DNA of 64,000 nt, from the NCBI GenBank assembly GCA_950097015.1, contig CATNEN010000026.1:62001-126000 (forward strand), written 5' to 3'. The stretch is from Macrostomum hystrix (Eukaryota; Animalia; Platyhelminthes). A model generated the notes under the pieces. It ran no database searches, had not been told where the DNA came from, and saw nothing but the letters and a program-made list of their open reading frames with translations. Of this stretch, positions 36,401 through 49,100 are shown in pieces; within the stretch, counting starts at the first letter, position 1; each line of letters starts with the position of its first letter. The translations under genes were made by a program, and so were the position numbers.

Positions 36401-39400
36401 AATTGAATCTATACAAACAGGAGCATAGAAAATCGTGTCTTCTGTTTGATTTTCATATTCTGTACCGTCCCATTCAATTGTCAATTAGCCCAAATCTTCA
36501 TTCAGAAGTCGAATTTGGAAGCGCGCTATGGACATTGTCCGCCAGCATAACAACACCCAAAAGTGTGTGTTGTTCGGCAAAGCATCGGGCAAGCAAAGAT
36601 TAAAGACAGAACAGAGAGAGAGAGCCACCTATATACAACCTCATTTTAGCCATTTCAGTTAGCTCGGAATCAGTTCGTTCCGGATGGTGAGGGGGCAGTC
36701 TGGGGTCGGCTGAAGGACGAGGTGCATCTACCTGCCTGGGATTGGTCAGTAACCAACCAAACAACGCTGGTTCTTCGAGGCGATGCGTTCTTTTTACTGC
36801 AAATATTTTTTTCAGCATCTGCGCAAAACCCGAGCGGTCCTTCATCTTATACAGTTCTGTTTCACCCTGACTGTTTCTCCCTCTCTCTTTATTTGCACTT
36901 TTGTTTTTAACAACGGTTGCTGGGTTAGTGTTGAGCAAGATTCAGATTTGTGTCTCCAAAATGTGTGAATTTTTTATTCTGAGCATTATTGTTCTTATAA
37001 AGATTTCCTGTTTTCATGAAAATAAAATCGTCGTTGGTCTAAGGGAGCTTCGAGAGGACGAGGAGCCACCAGGCGGTCCACTACCAGACGGATACCTTAA
37101 CATTAGAGAGACCATACTATTTTCCCGCTGGGGAAGGACCACGGAGGTATTTCAAATACTAACTGCTTACTTCACGATAGCTCCCAAACCGAATGACCGA
37201 CTTTCTGAAAAGTCCACCATATGGATAAAAACTCTACGCCCTTTACGATGAACTAAATTTCAATGCTGTCCGACGTCAGCATCATCGAGATATACAGCGT
37301 CATCGCCAAGCACGCCCAACGTGCCGGGTAATAATAATAATAATTGAAGGAGGGCTGCGAGCAGTGGCACATCAATTAGTGACACTAGACCTGCAGCCAG
37401 CGAGGAGGCAATTCTGCCCATTTTGCTGACACCTGAGCACACACGCACAGATACTGTACGCAGGTACACGCTCACACAGGTGTGTACATCTGCCCTGACT
37501 TTCTCATCGTCATGCAGTGTACACTGCAGTGTACACGTCATGCAGTGGCCATATTGTGTAGAGATGCGACCTTCAGTGAAGCTGTCGCAGCCACTGCTGG
37601 CTGTAGCAAACTAATTTGTCCTAGTTTTCTGACAGAATTTTTGTTAGCTCATTTGCAACTTAACAGATTTGTCTATTGAGTCTGGTGCAATGCAGCACGG
37701 CATAATGAAACTCGAAAGAAGACGACAGAAAAAGAGCGCAAAAAGCCAAATTTTCATATTTAAGCATCTGAGCAGTGAAAGAAACAATTTTAGAATTATT
37801 TTGGAGAACTATTGCGCATCAGCATTAGAAAATGTTTCTTTCGTTTCGCTTTCTCTTCTTTTTCATTCTACTAAAAAGCGATGGCCCTGGGATTAATGGT
37901 GCGAGTCCACCGGTCTGACAGTATAGGCCCCTTCATTCATTTGTCACTGGGCCCTGGGCCCAATCGGTTCTGAGAAACTAGCCCAGTTCAGGAATCAATC
38001 AAGCCTAATAGGCAAACTGGGAGCGGACTAGGGGAGATGTATTGCGAATGAAGCAGAAACCAAGTTGAGTCGACCGCAATCGATGCGCTCACAAGCCAAT
38101 TTTGAATGGAAAAAATGGTTACAGCTTCAATACTTTTTGCTAGATTTTTGTCTATGGCCCAATCGTATTCGTCAATAGAAAATATGCGAAATTATATGAC
38201 TATGAATACTGTCCGTCAGGAGAGTTTCTGAAGACTGACAGAGGAAAAGAGGGGAAGAGAGTTGGAATCCACTCTCGGCCTCCAAAAGCAGCATAACGGA
38301 AGGAATGAGAATGCGTCGACGGTTTCGCTTTGCTGCTTGGCTTGCACTTTAAAATTAAGAGCGAATACGAGAGAGAGAGAGAGGAGACTGTCTCGTCCTG
38401 CCGCTGCCTTCGCCTCATTACTTTGCTCCTGTCTCTTTGCCCGTCCCTCTGGGCTATGTGACGAAAAAATGTTGATTCTAATTTTAACCGTCCCAGTCCG
38501 AGCCTCCTCGCTGTTCTCAACTTTCCCTCCCCCCCGACTCATTGAACTCTTAGAGCTCGAATTTCCAATGAAACTTCTGCATAGTAACTAGCTAAGCTGA
38601 TTTGGCACGCTTCACGCTGACCGACTGACTGACTGACTGACTGACTGACTGACTGACTGACTGACCGACTGACTGACTGACTGACTGACTGACTGACTGA
38701 CTGACTGACTGACCGACTGACTGACTGACTGACTGACTGACTGACTGACTGACTGACTGACTGACTGACTGACTGACTGACTGACTGACTGACTGACTGA
38801 CTGACTGACTGACCGACTGACTGACTGACTGACTGACTGACTGACTGACTGACTGACTGACTGACTGACTGACTGACTGACTGACTGACTGACTGACTGA
38901 CTGACTGACTGACTGACTGACTGACTGACTGACTGACTGACTGACTGACTGACTGACTGACTGACTGACTGACTGACTGACTGACTGACTGACTGACTGA
39001 CTGACTGACTGACTGACTGACTGACTGACTGACTGACTGACTGACTGACTGACTGACTGACTGACTGACTGACTGACTGACTGACTGACTGACTGACTGA
39101 CTGACTGACTGACTGACTGACTGACTGACTGACTGACTGACTGACTGACTGACTGAATTCTCAACCATTTCTGGTAGGAAAGTCTAATTTAAGTCTAATT
39201 CCAGTGTGCACACAACCAGTAACTGATGCAGCGAGGCGGGTATGAAAAGCTATTCAACTATAATTTTTCTCATCTTAAAAGAGGAAAAAGTCGGGAACCA
39301 CTGCTGCTGCTGCTGCTGCTGCTGCTAGAATTGATTTATCACGCACCCTAGTGGCTCCCCCTCTGATGCAGATTTTGCCCCCAAACCCAGCTTACAGGAG

Positions 39401-41388
39401 GAAGTCCTGTTTCTAGTAGGAAACCAAGACCTTTCTCCCCAAATCTATCCACAGCGCTAAGGGTTCTATTCGTCAATAACTTGCTGTATCGCATACAGCA
39501 GCTGTCATTAGCATTGCATTCGGCGGGACCAAATGCATAAGCTGTTGCTTCAGTACCACACACACAAATATAGCTGCTAGTTGGTATACCCAAAGGCTGG
39601 ATAGGGCACCAGTACTTTTAGTGCGCATGCTTGCGACTGTTGTAAACACGCATTTGACGCCCCCAGAGCTTCTGCACAATGGCCAGAAAAAAAGCTCCAA
39701 TGTCTTGGCGATTTATCATGCCCCCCCCCTGATGAGAATGCTGGACTATCCTATATACTAAAATTCTGTTTTTAAGGCTCGATTCCTTTGTTTGTTTGCT
39801 TCTCCTCTTCTTCTTGTCTTGAACTTCTGAACCAATTTTCTTTTCAAACAATTGATTCATTTAATTATAGGATAAAACTGTTTTGAGGTCATGCGGCCTC
39901 AAATATTCAAATTTTAACATTGCAGTGGAGGCTGCAATAAAAAGCAACACACTTTTTTCTGCTGTCCGAGCGGCCCTTCTCCTTGTCCTTGGCGCTCTTC
40001 TTGGACGTCTCGGCCGGCGCAGCGAGGTGATCGGAGGCTCCAGCCACTGGATTCTGCAGTATCTTCAGGAAGTCCATCTGCTGCTTCTCCATCTGGCGCA
40101 GCTCGACCACCCACTGGGTGCGGGTGGTCGTGTCCACCGGGTCGAACACGTACACCACGTTGGCACTTGGCGTGGTGTCTACAACGCAGAACAGCAGCTC
40201 GTCATTTTCATCGACTGGATTAGAAGTCGCCGAGTACTTATAGGAAGCGAAGTAGCGCATGTTGTTCATCTTGACCTTGCTACGGTAGATGTAGATTGTC
40301 TGCAGGCCGCTGAAGGGGTCGCCAGCCTTGGCTTTACCAGTTCGTTTCACCTCTGTCACAAGCATCATCTGGTCGAATAGGAAAATCTTGCGCTGCTCAA
40401 ATTTCAACTGAGACGGCGGCGGATTCGAGTTTGGGTCGTAGGGCCCGTTGATGACGCCCAGTCGGAGAACGCCCTTGATGCGAACCTGGCCTAGGGAGGT
40501 GACCCGAATACCCGGCTCCAGATTGTCAATGCGCGAGGCCTCCATAATGCTCTCGGTCTTGAGCGGCAGCTCGCGCATAATCTCCAGCATGCGCTCCCAC
40601 CCAGCCATGCCGGGACCCTGGAGGCCGTCCTTGCGGGCCTTGTCTATCACAGTGCCAACCAGCAGACTGTAGCGCATGCACCGTTGCACAGGATTCATCA
40701 GGTGCGAGTTCATGTCCTCCTTGTCGCGCAGATTTTGTCGCAACTGTTCGAAGAAGTCGCGGTACTGGTCGCATGCGATGTGCTGCGCCTTTCGATGGTT
40801 CTCGCAGTACTTTGAGTACCAACTGCTCATGTGACGCTCTTTGGCAATGAACACGTTGGCCACTGTGTCGAGATCCGTCTCAAAGGCTTGCTTCAGCTTG
40901 GCCAGAATCTCTTCGTGGCCTTCTAATAAGCGCCACCAGTTGCCCCAAATGATGCTCCACTTCTCCTCCAGGTCTGGAGGCAGCGGCACATCCGGGTCGT
41001 CTTTCAATGGAATGTACTTCTCGGCGATGAAGCGCAGCTTATTAACGTAGCTCTCCTCGGAGTCAATAATTTCGTAGATGGCGTGACGTCTCTTCATGTT
41101 TGGTGCCTCCGCAGCCTCTGCAGCCTCTGCCGCTGCTGCAGCCGCAGCCGCTGCTTCCGCTGCTTCAGCCGCCTCTGCCGCAGCCGCAGCTTCGGCTACT
41201 GCGACCGCCTCCTCTACGGCCGCGGCAGCTGCTGCGGCGGTGTCGGTGGCGTCGGTGGCTTCCTCATCGTCCACTGCTTCACCGCCAGCTGCGGCGCCGT
41301 TTGGCGCAGCCGAAACCGCGCTATCGCATCGTCCACCTCCGCCAGGATCAGATACTGCCTCCACTGAGCGCAATTCTTCGGCAAGCAT
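33423..41388 (-). CDS. Dbl-family Rho guanine nucleotide exchange factor (DH-PH). Exons 41388-39953, 35979-35796, 33605-33423; ~600 aa.
   Basis: DH motifs RRHAIYEIIDSEESYV and LMNPVQRCMRYSLL, and PH motif RKIFLFDQMMLV...QWVVEL. The two downstream exons are inferred from phase-compatible GT-AG sites and codon usage and are less certain; further 5' exons are possible. Confidence 0.85.
33637..33933. repeat. 32-bp tandem array (CTGCTGATAATCTCATTCATTCCGTCAGTTAT) in a RhoGEF intron
   Basis: ~9 copies; period 32. Confidence 0.92.
34960..35690. repeat. 26/28-bp tandem array (GACTATCATGATGTTGCAATACCATA) in a RhoGEF intron
   Basis: ~27 copies with a TCATGA core. Confidence 0.93.
36046..36165. repeat. 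16-bp tandem array (AACTGGGATAACCTGT)
   Basis: ~7 copies. Confidence 0.88.
38617..39156. repeat. (GACT)n microsatellite of ~135 units
   Basis: Directly visible. It produces the VSQS ORFs. Confidence 0.97.
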
Positions 41389-44300
41389 TCTGGACTGGCT
41401 TGTGGCAGCCTTAGCAACAAATCAGACTGTGAGGCTCCGGCTGCTCTGCTTTCGCCGCCTTTTTGGATGAGCCGAAAACTGATCTGGGCCCTGCGGTGCG
41501 TGAAGACGGGCTGGCGAGTGATTTGCAGACGGCTACTGGCCATGCGTGTCTCTTATCCACAATAGAAAGGAACGCATATTTCTCCCTTCCACCCCCTGCA
41601 GTTCCTTCTCTCTCTTCCCCTCTCTCCTTTCTCTCTGCAGTAAGCGCCAGCCAGCCAATGAGAAGGAAAATAGTGGGACAGAGGCGGGAGAGAGCGAGAG
41701 AGCAAGCCGAAAGGAGGGGGCAGGAAAAAGTAGAAGCGTCACCTCGGTGTGCCGCACTCTGGCAGTCGGCCAAAGGCTTCTCCCAGGAGGAGGTGGACGG
41801 CTGCTGTGGGGAAGCTTCGCATCGAGGCTTTCGTGCCGTCCCAAAATTTGCAGATGGCCAGTTGTAAATTTGTGGATCGGACTGGGCGCTGAACATTGCC
41901 GCGAGTAATTTCTTCCAGCGAGCCAGACAGTTGAGACTTATCGGGATCCGAGAAGCATTGAAAGACGATTCGAAGAGTAACTCTCGATATTCTGTCTCTG
42001 CCGCCTCTCGACATCCCGTCTGGCTAATTTCCTGTAGCTACGCCGCTTATCGCCGTCTTGGTATCTAGGGGATCAGGCTGTAGGGGATGAGGGCCGGCTA
42101 AACAGGATAGCAGGCTCTGGGTTTGGGATCGGGATGTGGGGAGAGGAACTCAAGGCCGCCATCCTGCAAACGCTGCAAAAATCGAAATGGGGAGAGTGAG
42201 TGGAGAGACGAAGGCGCCCAGGCCGAACCGAGACAAGCTTCTTCTGAGTTGGAAAACTGGCAGACTCATTTGAGCCAGAGCAGCATCGTGCATTCGTTGG
42301 TGCAATATTTCTGCTAAAAATATGACACAATCTCGTGCACTGACTCTCGCTTACCAGACTGTTGATGCAAAACAACTTATACTAAAGCCCCCGTCTCTAG
42401 CTGTCTAGGTAAAAAATTTTTTTGTTTTCTTTTCGCCTACTAATGGGATCAGGACACTCCGTCGGTTAGCGGGGGAAGAGATTTTTTAACGGCCTGCCGA
42501 CTGGGGAATCGCTGGGTTGGCGTCGGGAAGAACTAACTATACGGGGAAGCGGAAGAGGACGCGAATCGGTCTTTGCCGAGTTGCCTAAGTTGGAATGGGA
42601 GAAAACGGCTGGGTTAGGAGCCGGGGCGAGAGATGAAGGTGCAGCGGCGATTTGAGCGGGCTAATCCGGATGGGGTAGGAGAGGCTGGGGTGGATGCTCT
42701 GGGATTGATGAATTCAACTGTATGTATGCTCGTGTATCTGCCTGTCTGTCTGTCTGCCTGTCACGGTTGGTTGGGGCGACTGCACTTTGGCAGACTTGAA
42801 TACGAACGAAAAAGGTATAGGAGCGGAAGGGATTGGGCAGGGCAGGGGGGAGGGTTTAGGGCGAATAGCGCCGAGTCACTCAAAGGGTAGACAGCGTCTG
42901 CGAGAGAAGGAGATCTGAGAACTCACTCACTCAGACACACACACACACAAAGGTAGGGTAGACTTCTTAGGGTCTAGATTTGCTTGGTCGAGGTCTCAAT
43001 TTGGCTGGCATAAAAAAATTTCAGCTAAAATTCTGTGGTTAGGGAAGCACAGCGCGAGGGATAGGAAAAATGCGAGGCGAAGCTTTGGGATTTTAGAGAC
43101 TATATGGCCTTAGAGAGAGAGAGAGAGGTGCCGGGAAGGTTTCTCGGCCAGAGAGATTATGCGGGGGAATGCAGCCTTGTCTTCCGCCACTGCGCAGAGC
43201 CTGCTCTCTTAGACTCGTGTCCGCGCGAATTCACTGTGGGATGGGAGGTTAGAGAGGATATTGAGAGAGAGTGGGAAGGATAGAGTGGGAAAACACGAGG
43301 TGCGAGATAAGGTATAGGGGAAGGGAATTAGGGAGTGTGTTCTGAGAGTTTGAAAGCCCCGCTCGGGGCTGGGAGGCGAGACGGCGAGAGTGAGAACGAA
43401 ATCAGAGCGGTGAAAAAAAAGCAGACTAAAAGAAAAGAATTAATGGGCGGGGGTCTGTGAGTGGTAAGCTGCCACAAAAATCGCTCCCGTGTGAAGGATG
43501 GCGAAAAGAACATTGAGAATTTCAGAGAGAGCGACTCTGCCAATAGCCAATCTGCCTATAGCCAATATGCAAACGAATTTGATTCATATGCGTAGAGATG
43601 GTCATGCATAGGGGCTTCAAGACTGCAGCTGGTCTAGTCAACTGTCCGGCCCCCCCCCGAGGCATTGGGGATTTGGGATTTTTGTGATCCAGGCCGGGTG
43701 CTGCCTGGGTGAAGGGTCTATGCGGCAGTGCATGGTTCTTGGAGGGAGAGATTGAGAGAGAGAGTTTTGGGAGGTTTGGGGCTGCGGTGGCTGCGGCGGC
43801 TGCGGCGGATTGTTTGACTCGCGGATGCTGAATGTGGAGACCTCGGTTGAAAGGGGTGAATGCTGAACGAGGCCATGAACGGCGAGAGAGACATATGCTG
43901 TATACAGAAGCATATAGATATGCAGGGCAGTTGTATTTTTCTGCAGGCCGATCCGCGCGTGTTTACTTATGCATGCGATCCGGCCGCCTAGGAAGCGGCT
44001 ATACGGTCTCCAGTAGTCATTCGCACAGTGTATTTGTGCGTGTGTTTATGATTTCTATGCAATGTCCGGGCATGATGCTATGCATGCCGGATTGTCTATT
44101 GCCATAATAAACGGCAGAGCTAATTCATAATAATTTGCAACCGCTTTTATTGGTCTTCGAAGCCTGCATTTGCCGATTTCCTTGATTTTGCTTCCTTTGT
44201 TTGGGGTCGCGAAATTCTTGGAGACGAGAAATGGAAGGATGCGGCGAGGGACATGTAGAGAGATATGAGAAAATACATACTCATACATCATACTATATAT

Positions 44301-44433
44301 ACATATTTATACGAGTATCTTGTCGTATCATATCTATTATAGATATCTATATCTATATCTATCTCACTATCTCTTCTCAATAGAGATATATGATGTGCAT
44401 CATATTGAGATACCGATAAACAATAGGAGAGGA

Positions 44434-45048
44434 GAGACATGAGCAGAGACATGAGCAGAGACATGAGCAGAGACATGAGCAGAGACTTAAGCAGAGACAT
44501 GAGCAGAGACATGAGCAGAGACATGAGCAGAGACATGAGCAGAGACTTGAGCAGAGACATGAGCAGAGACATGAGCAGAGACTTGAGCAGAGACATGAGC
44601 AGAGACATGAGCAGAGACATGAGCAGAGACATGAGCAGAGACATGAGCAGAGACATGAGCAGAGACTTGAGCAGAGACATGAGCAGAGACATGAGCAGAG
44701 ACTTGAGCAGAGACATGAGCAGAGACATGAGCAGAGACATGAGCAGAGACATGAGCAGAGACATGAGCAGAGACTTGAGCAGAGACATGAGCAGAGACAT
44801 GAGCAGAGACATGAGCAGAGACATGAGCAGAGACATAAGCAGAGACATGAGCAGAGACATGAGCAGAGACATGAGCAGAGACATGAGCAGAGACATGAGC
44901 AGAGACATGAGCAGAGACATGAGCAGAGACATGAGCAGAGACATGAGCAGAGACTTGAGCAGAGACATGAGCAGAGACATGAGCAGAGACTTAAGCAGAG
45001 ACATGAGCAGAGACTTGAGCAGAGACATGAGCAGAGACATGAGCAGAG
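44434..45048. repeat. 12-bp tandem array (GAGACATGAGCA)
   Basis: ~51 copies. It produces the MSRD and SLLM ORFs. Confidence 0.96.
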
Positions 45049-45741
45049 AGACGACCGCCAGCCCGAGCTCCAAAGGGTGAAAAACGTTCATGGGCGAGCC
45101 AAGGCTCGGACACTGATCACAATAGATTTGCTGAAATGCAATGCGGCAGTAAGCATATAGTTAAGAATCTCTGAAACAGATCGCAATAATACCCTAGCTC
45201 ATACGAGATTATTGCTCGGCAGTGATTGGTTAGGCACCTAATAATAACAATAATGATTAGAAATAGCTCGCAGAATCGCAACGGTCGAATAAGGCCACAA
45301 AAATAATCGTGGGATTAGGACGGGCGAGAGAAAAATGAGCCAGACACACAGAAGGGCAGATGGAGAGTGAGAAACGGAAAATATAATTCTGCTTCGAATC
45401 GCCAATGCAATTAATAAGTAGTGAGCAGTTTTAGAATTCTGAATCATATGCTATGGTGGCGAGCAGTGGAGTGTTCATGGAAAGTCAGAGTCTGAAGTAA
45501 ATAAGCATCCTATCAGTATTGTTGATTAAAGTTTCAATTAGTTCTATGCCATGGCTCGTCATCGCCTAAAGGCCATTGCCAAGATGTGAAAGTTTATGCA
45601 ATGGATTACTTGATTATTGAAGTATCAAAGTTTTTCTTGATTTTTTCTTGATTAATGACGTCATCACTAATTTTTGATTAGTCGTAAGTTCAATTATGAA
45701 AAAACCCTGCTATATCTAAAAGGCTTCCGTTTCAGTTCATA

Positions 45742-46085
45742 CTAGCTGCCTTCGCTACCCTCTGGGTAGCCTCACTGGAGTTCTTATCAGTTCGTTATCA
45801 AAACTGGCTCTGATGCAATCATTAAAATTGGCACTGGAGGCCTCACTGTGCACAAGCTGTAAACAAGAATGCATTAGAAAAGCCTATTTAAAACTGTTTT
45901 TCGAATATTTAATCCCCTTGGCAATGGAATTAAGCTTAATAAAATTACGTGTACCGATTCCGGCCCAATTGTGATCTTTTGGCGAAGGAATTGTGAAAAT
46001 CGGTTGAGCCGTTCGGGAGCTAGTCGATTGCAAACAAGCAAGCAAGCAAGCAAGCAAGCAAGATTTTCATTTTTAGTATATAAGA
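45742..46085 (-). mobile_element. Non-autonomous Helitron (344 bp)
   Basis: The minus strand starts A/TC, has a (CTTG)n microsatellite near the 5' end and the hairpin GCTACCC-AGA-GGGTAGC near the 3' end, and ends CTAG/T. Confidence 0.82.
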
Positions 46086-46191
46086 TACAAGGCTTCCGAG
46101 TGTTTGCAGTAGACAAGGTACAAGGCTAGGACTAAATGAACTCTCTTTTTAATTGTTTTCTCCAGCCAAAACAATAAAACTCTGGTATGCA

Positions 46192-49100
46192 ATGAGCCCA
46201 ACCAAACCAGATGTCATGAGCCCAACCAAACCAGATATCATGAGCCCAACCAAACCAGATATCATGAGCCCAACTAAACCAGATATCATGAGCCCAACCA
46301 AACCAGATATCATGAGCCCAACCAAAACAGATATCATGAGCCAACCAAACCAGATATCATGAGCCCAACCAAACCAGATATAATGAGCCAACCAAACCAG
46401 ATATCATGAGCCCAACCAAACCAAATATCATGAGCCCAACCAAACCAGATATCATGAGCCCAACCAAAACAGATATCATGAGCCAACCAAACCAGATATC
46501 ATGAGCCCAACCAAACCAGATATCATGAGCCCAACCAAACCAGATATCATGAGCCCAACCAAACCAGATATCATGAGCCCAACCAAACCAGATATCATGA
46601 GCCCAACCAAACCAGATATCATGAGCCCAACCAAACCAGATATCATGAGCCCAACCAAACCAGATATCATGAGCCCAACCAAACCAGATATCATGAGCCC
46701 AACCAAACCAGATATCATGAGCCCAACCAAACCAGATATCATGAGCCCAACTAAACCAGATATCATGAGCCCAACTAAACCAGATGTCATGAGCCCAACC
46801 AAACCAGATGTCATGAGCCCAACCAAACCAGATATCATGAGCCCAACCAAACCAGATATCATGAGCCCAACCAAACCAGATGTCATGAGCCCAACCAAAC
46901 CAGATATCATGAGCCCAACCAAACCAGATATCATGAGCCCAACCAAACCAGATATCATGAGCCCAACTAAACCAGATATCATGAGCCCAACTAAACCAGA
47001 TATCATGAGCCCAACTAAACCAGATATCATGAGCCCAACTAAACCAGATATCATGAGCCCAACTAAACCAGATATCATGAGCCCAACTAAACCAGATATC
47101 ATGAGCCCAACTAAACCAGATATCATGAGCCCAACTAAACCAGATATCATGAGCCCAACTAAACCAGATATCATGTGCCCAACTAAACCAGATATCATGA
47201 GCCCAACCAAACCAGATATCTTGAGCCCAACCAAACCAGATATCATGAGCCCAACTAAACCAGATATCAAAAGCCCAACTAAACCAGATGTCATGAGCCC
47301 AACCAAACCAGATATCATGAGCCCAACCAAACCAAATATCATGAGCCCAACCAAACCAGATATCATGAGCCCAACCAAAACAGATATCATGAGCCAACCA
47401 AACCAAATATCATGAGCCCAACCAAACCAGATATCATGAGCCCAACCAAACCAGATATCATGAGCCCAACCAAACCAGATATCATGAGCCCAACCAAAAC
47501 AGATATCATGAGCCAACCAAACCAAATATCATGAGCCCAACCAAACCAGATATCATGAGCCCAACCAAACCAGATATCATGAGCCCAACCAAACCAGATA
47601 TCATGAGCCCAACTAAACCAGATGTCATGAGTCCAACTAAACCAGATATCGAGCCCAACTAAACCAGTTTTCGAGCCCAACCAAAACAGATATCATGAGC
47701 CAACCAAACCAGATATCATGAGCCCAACCAAACCAAATATCATGAGCCCAACCAAACCAGATATCATGAGCCCAACCAAAACAGATATCATGAGCCAACC
47801 AAACCAAATATCATGAGCCCAACCAAACCAGATATCATGATCCCAACCAAACCAGATATCATGAGCCCAACCAAACCAAAAATCATGAGCCCAACCAAAC
47901 CAGATATCATGAGCCCAACTAAACCAGATGTCATGAGCCCAACTAAACCAGATATCGAGCCCAACTAAACCAGATTTCGAGCCCAACTAAACCAGATATC
48001 ATGAGCCCAACTAAACCAGATATCATGAGCCCAACTAAACCAGATATCATGAGCCCAACTAAACCAGATATCATGAGCCCAACTAAACCAGATATCATGA
48101 GCCCAACTAAACCAGATATCATGAGCCCAACTAAACCAGATATCATGAGCCCAACTAAACCAGATATCATGAGCCCAACTAAACCAGATATCATGAGCCC
48201 AACTAAATCAGATATCATGAGCCCAACCAAACTAGATATTATGAGCCCAACAAAACCAGATATCATGAGCCCAACCAAACCAGATATCATGAGCCAACCA
48301 AACCAGATATCATGAGCCCAACCAAACCAGATATCATGAGCCCAACTATAAACCAGATATCATGAGCCCAACTAAACCAGATATCATGAGCCCAACTAAA
48401 CCAGATGTCATGAGCCAAACTAAACCAGATATCGAGCCCAACTAAATCAGATATCATGAGCCCAACTAAACCAGATATCGAGCCCAACTAAACCAGATAT
48501 CATGAGCCCAACTAAACCAGATATCATGAGCCCAACTAAACCAGATGTCATGAGCCAAACTAAACCAGATATCGAGCCCAACTAAATCAGATGTCATGAG
48601 CCCAACTAAACCAGATATCGAGCCCAACTAAATCAGATGTCATGAGCCCAACTAAACCAGATATCGAGCCCAACTAAACCAGATATCATGAGCCCAACTA
48701 AACCAGATGTCATGAGTCAAACTAAACCAGATATCATGAGCCCAACTAAACCAGATATCGAGCCCAACTAAATCAGATGTCATGAGCCCAACTAAACCAG
48801 ATATCGAGCCCAACTAAACCAGATATCATGAGCCCAACTAAACCAGATATCATGAGCCCAACTAAACCAGATATCATGAGCCCAACTAAACCAGATATCA
48901 TGAGCCCAACTAAACCAGATGTCATGAGCCCAACTAAACCAGATATCGAGCCCAACTAAACCAGATATCGAGCCCAACTAAACCAGATATCATGAGCCCA
49001 ACTAAACCAGATGTCATGAGCCCAACTAAACCAGATATCATGAGCCCAACTATAAACCAGATATCATGAGCCCAACCAAACCAGATATCATGATCCCAAC

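Noticed and set aside
39729-39760. CTGATGAG as a hammerhead ribozyme core
   Set aside because: No stem II followed by GAAA and no complementary stems I/III nearby.
41096-44383. Many 60-160-aa overlapping ORFs in the GA-rich region upstream of RhoGEF
   Set aside because: They are antisense shadows of the poly-Ala exon or low-complexity regulatory DNA, with no domain evidence.
30649-45091. ORFs over the 29-bp, (GACT)n and 12-bp arrays
   Set aside because: Simple-repeat artefacts.
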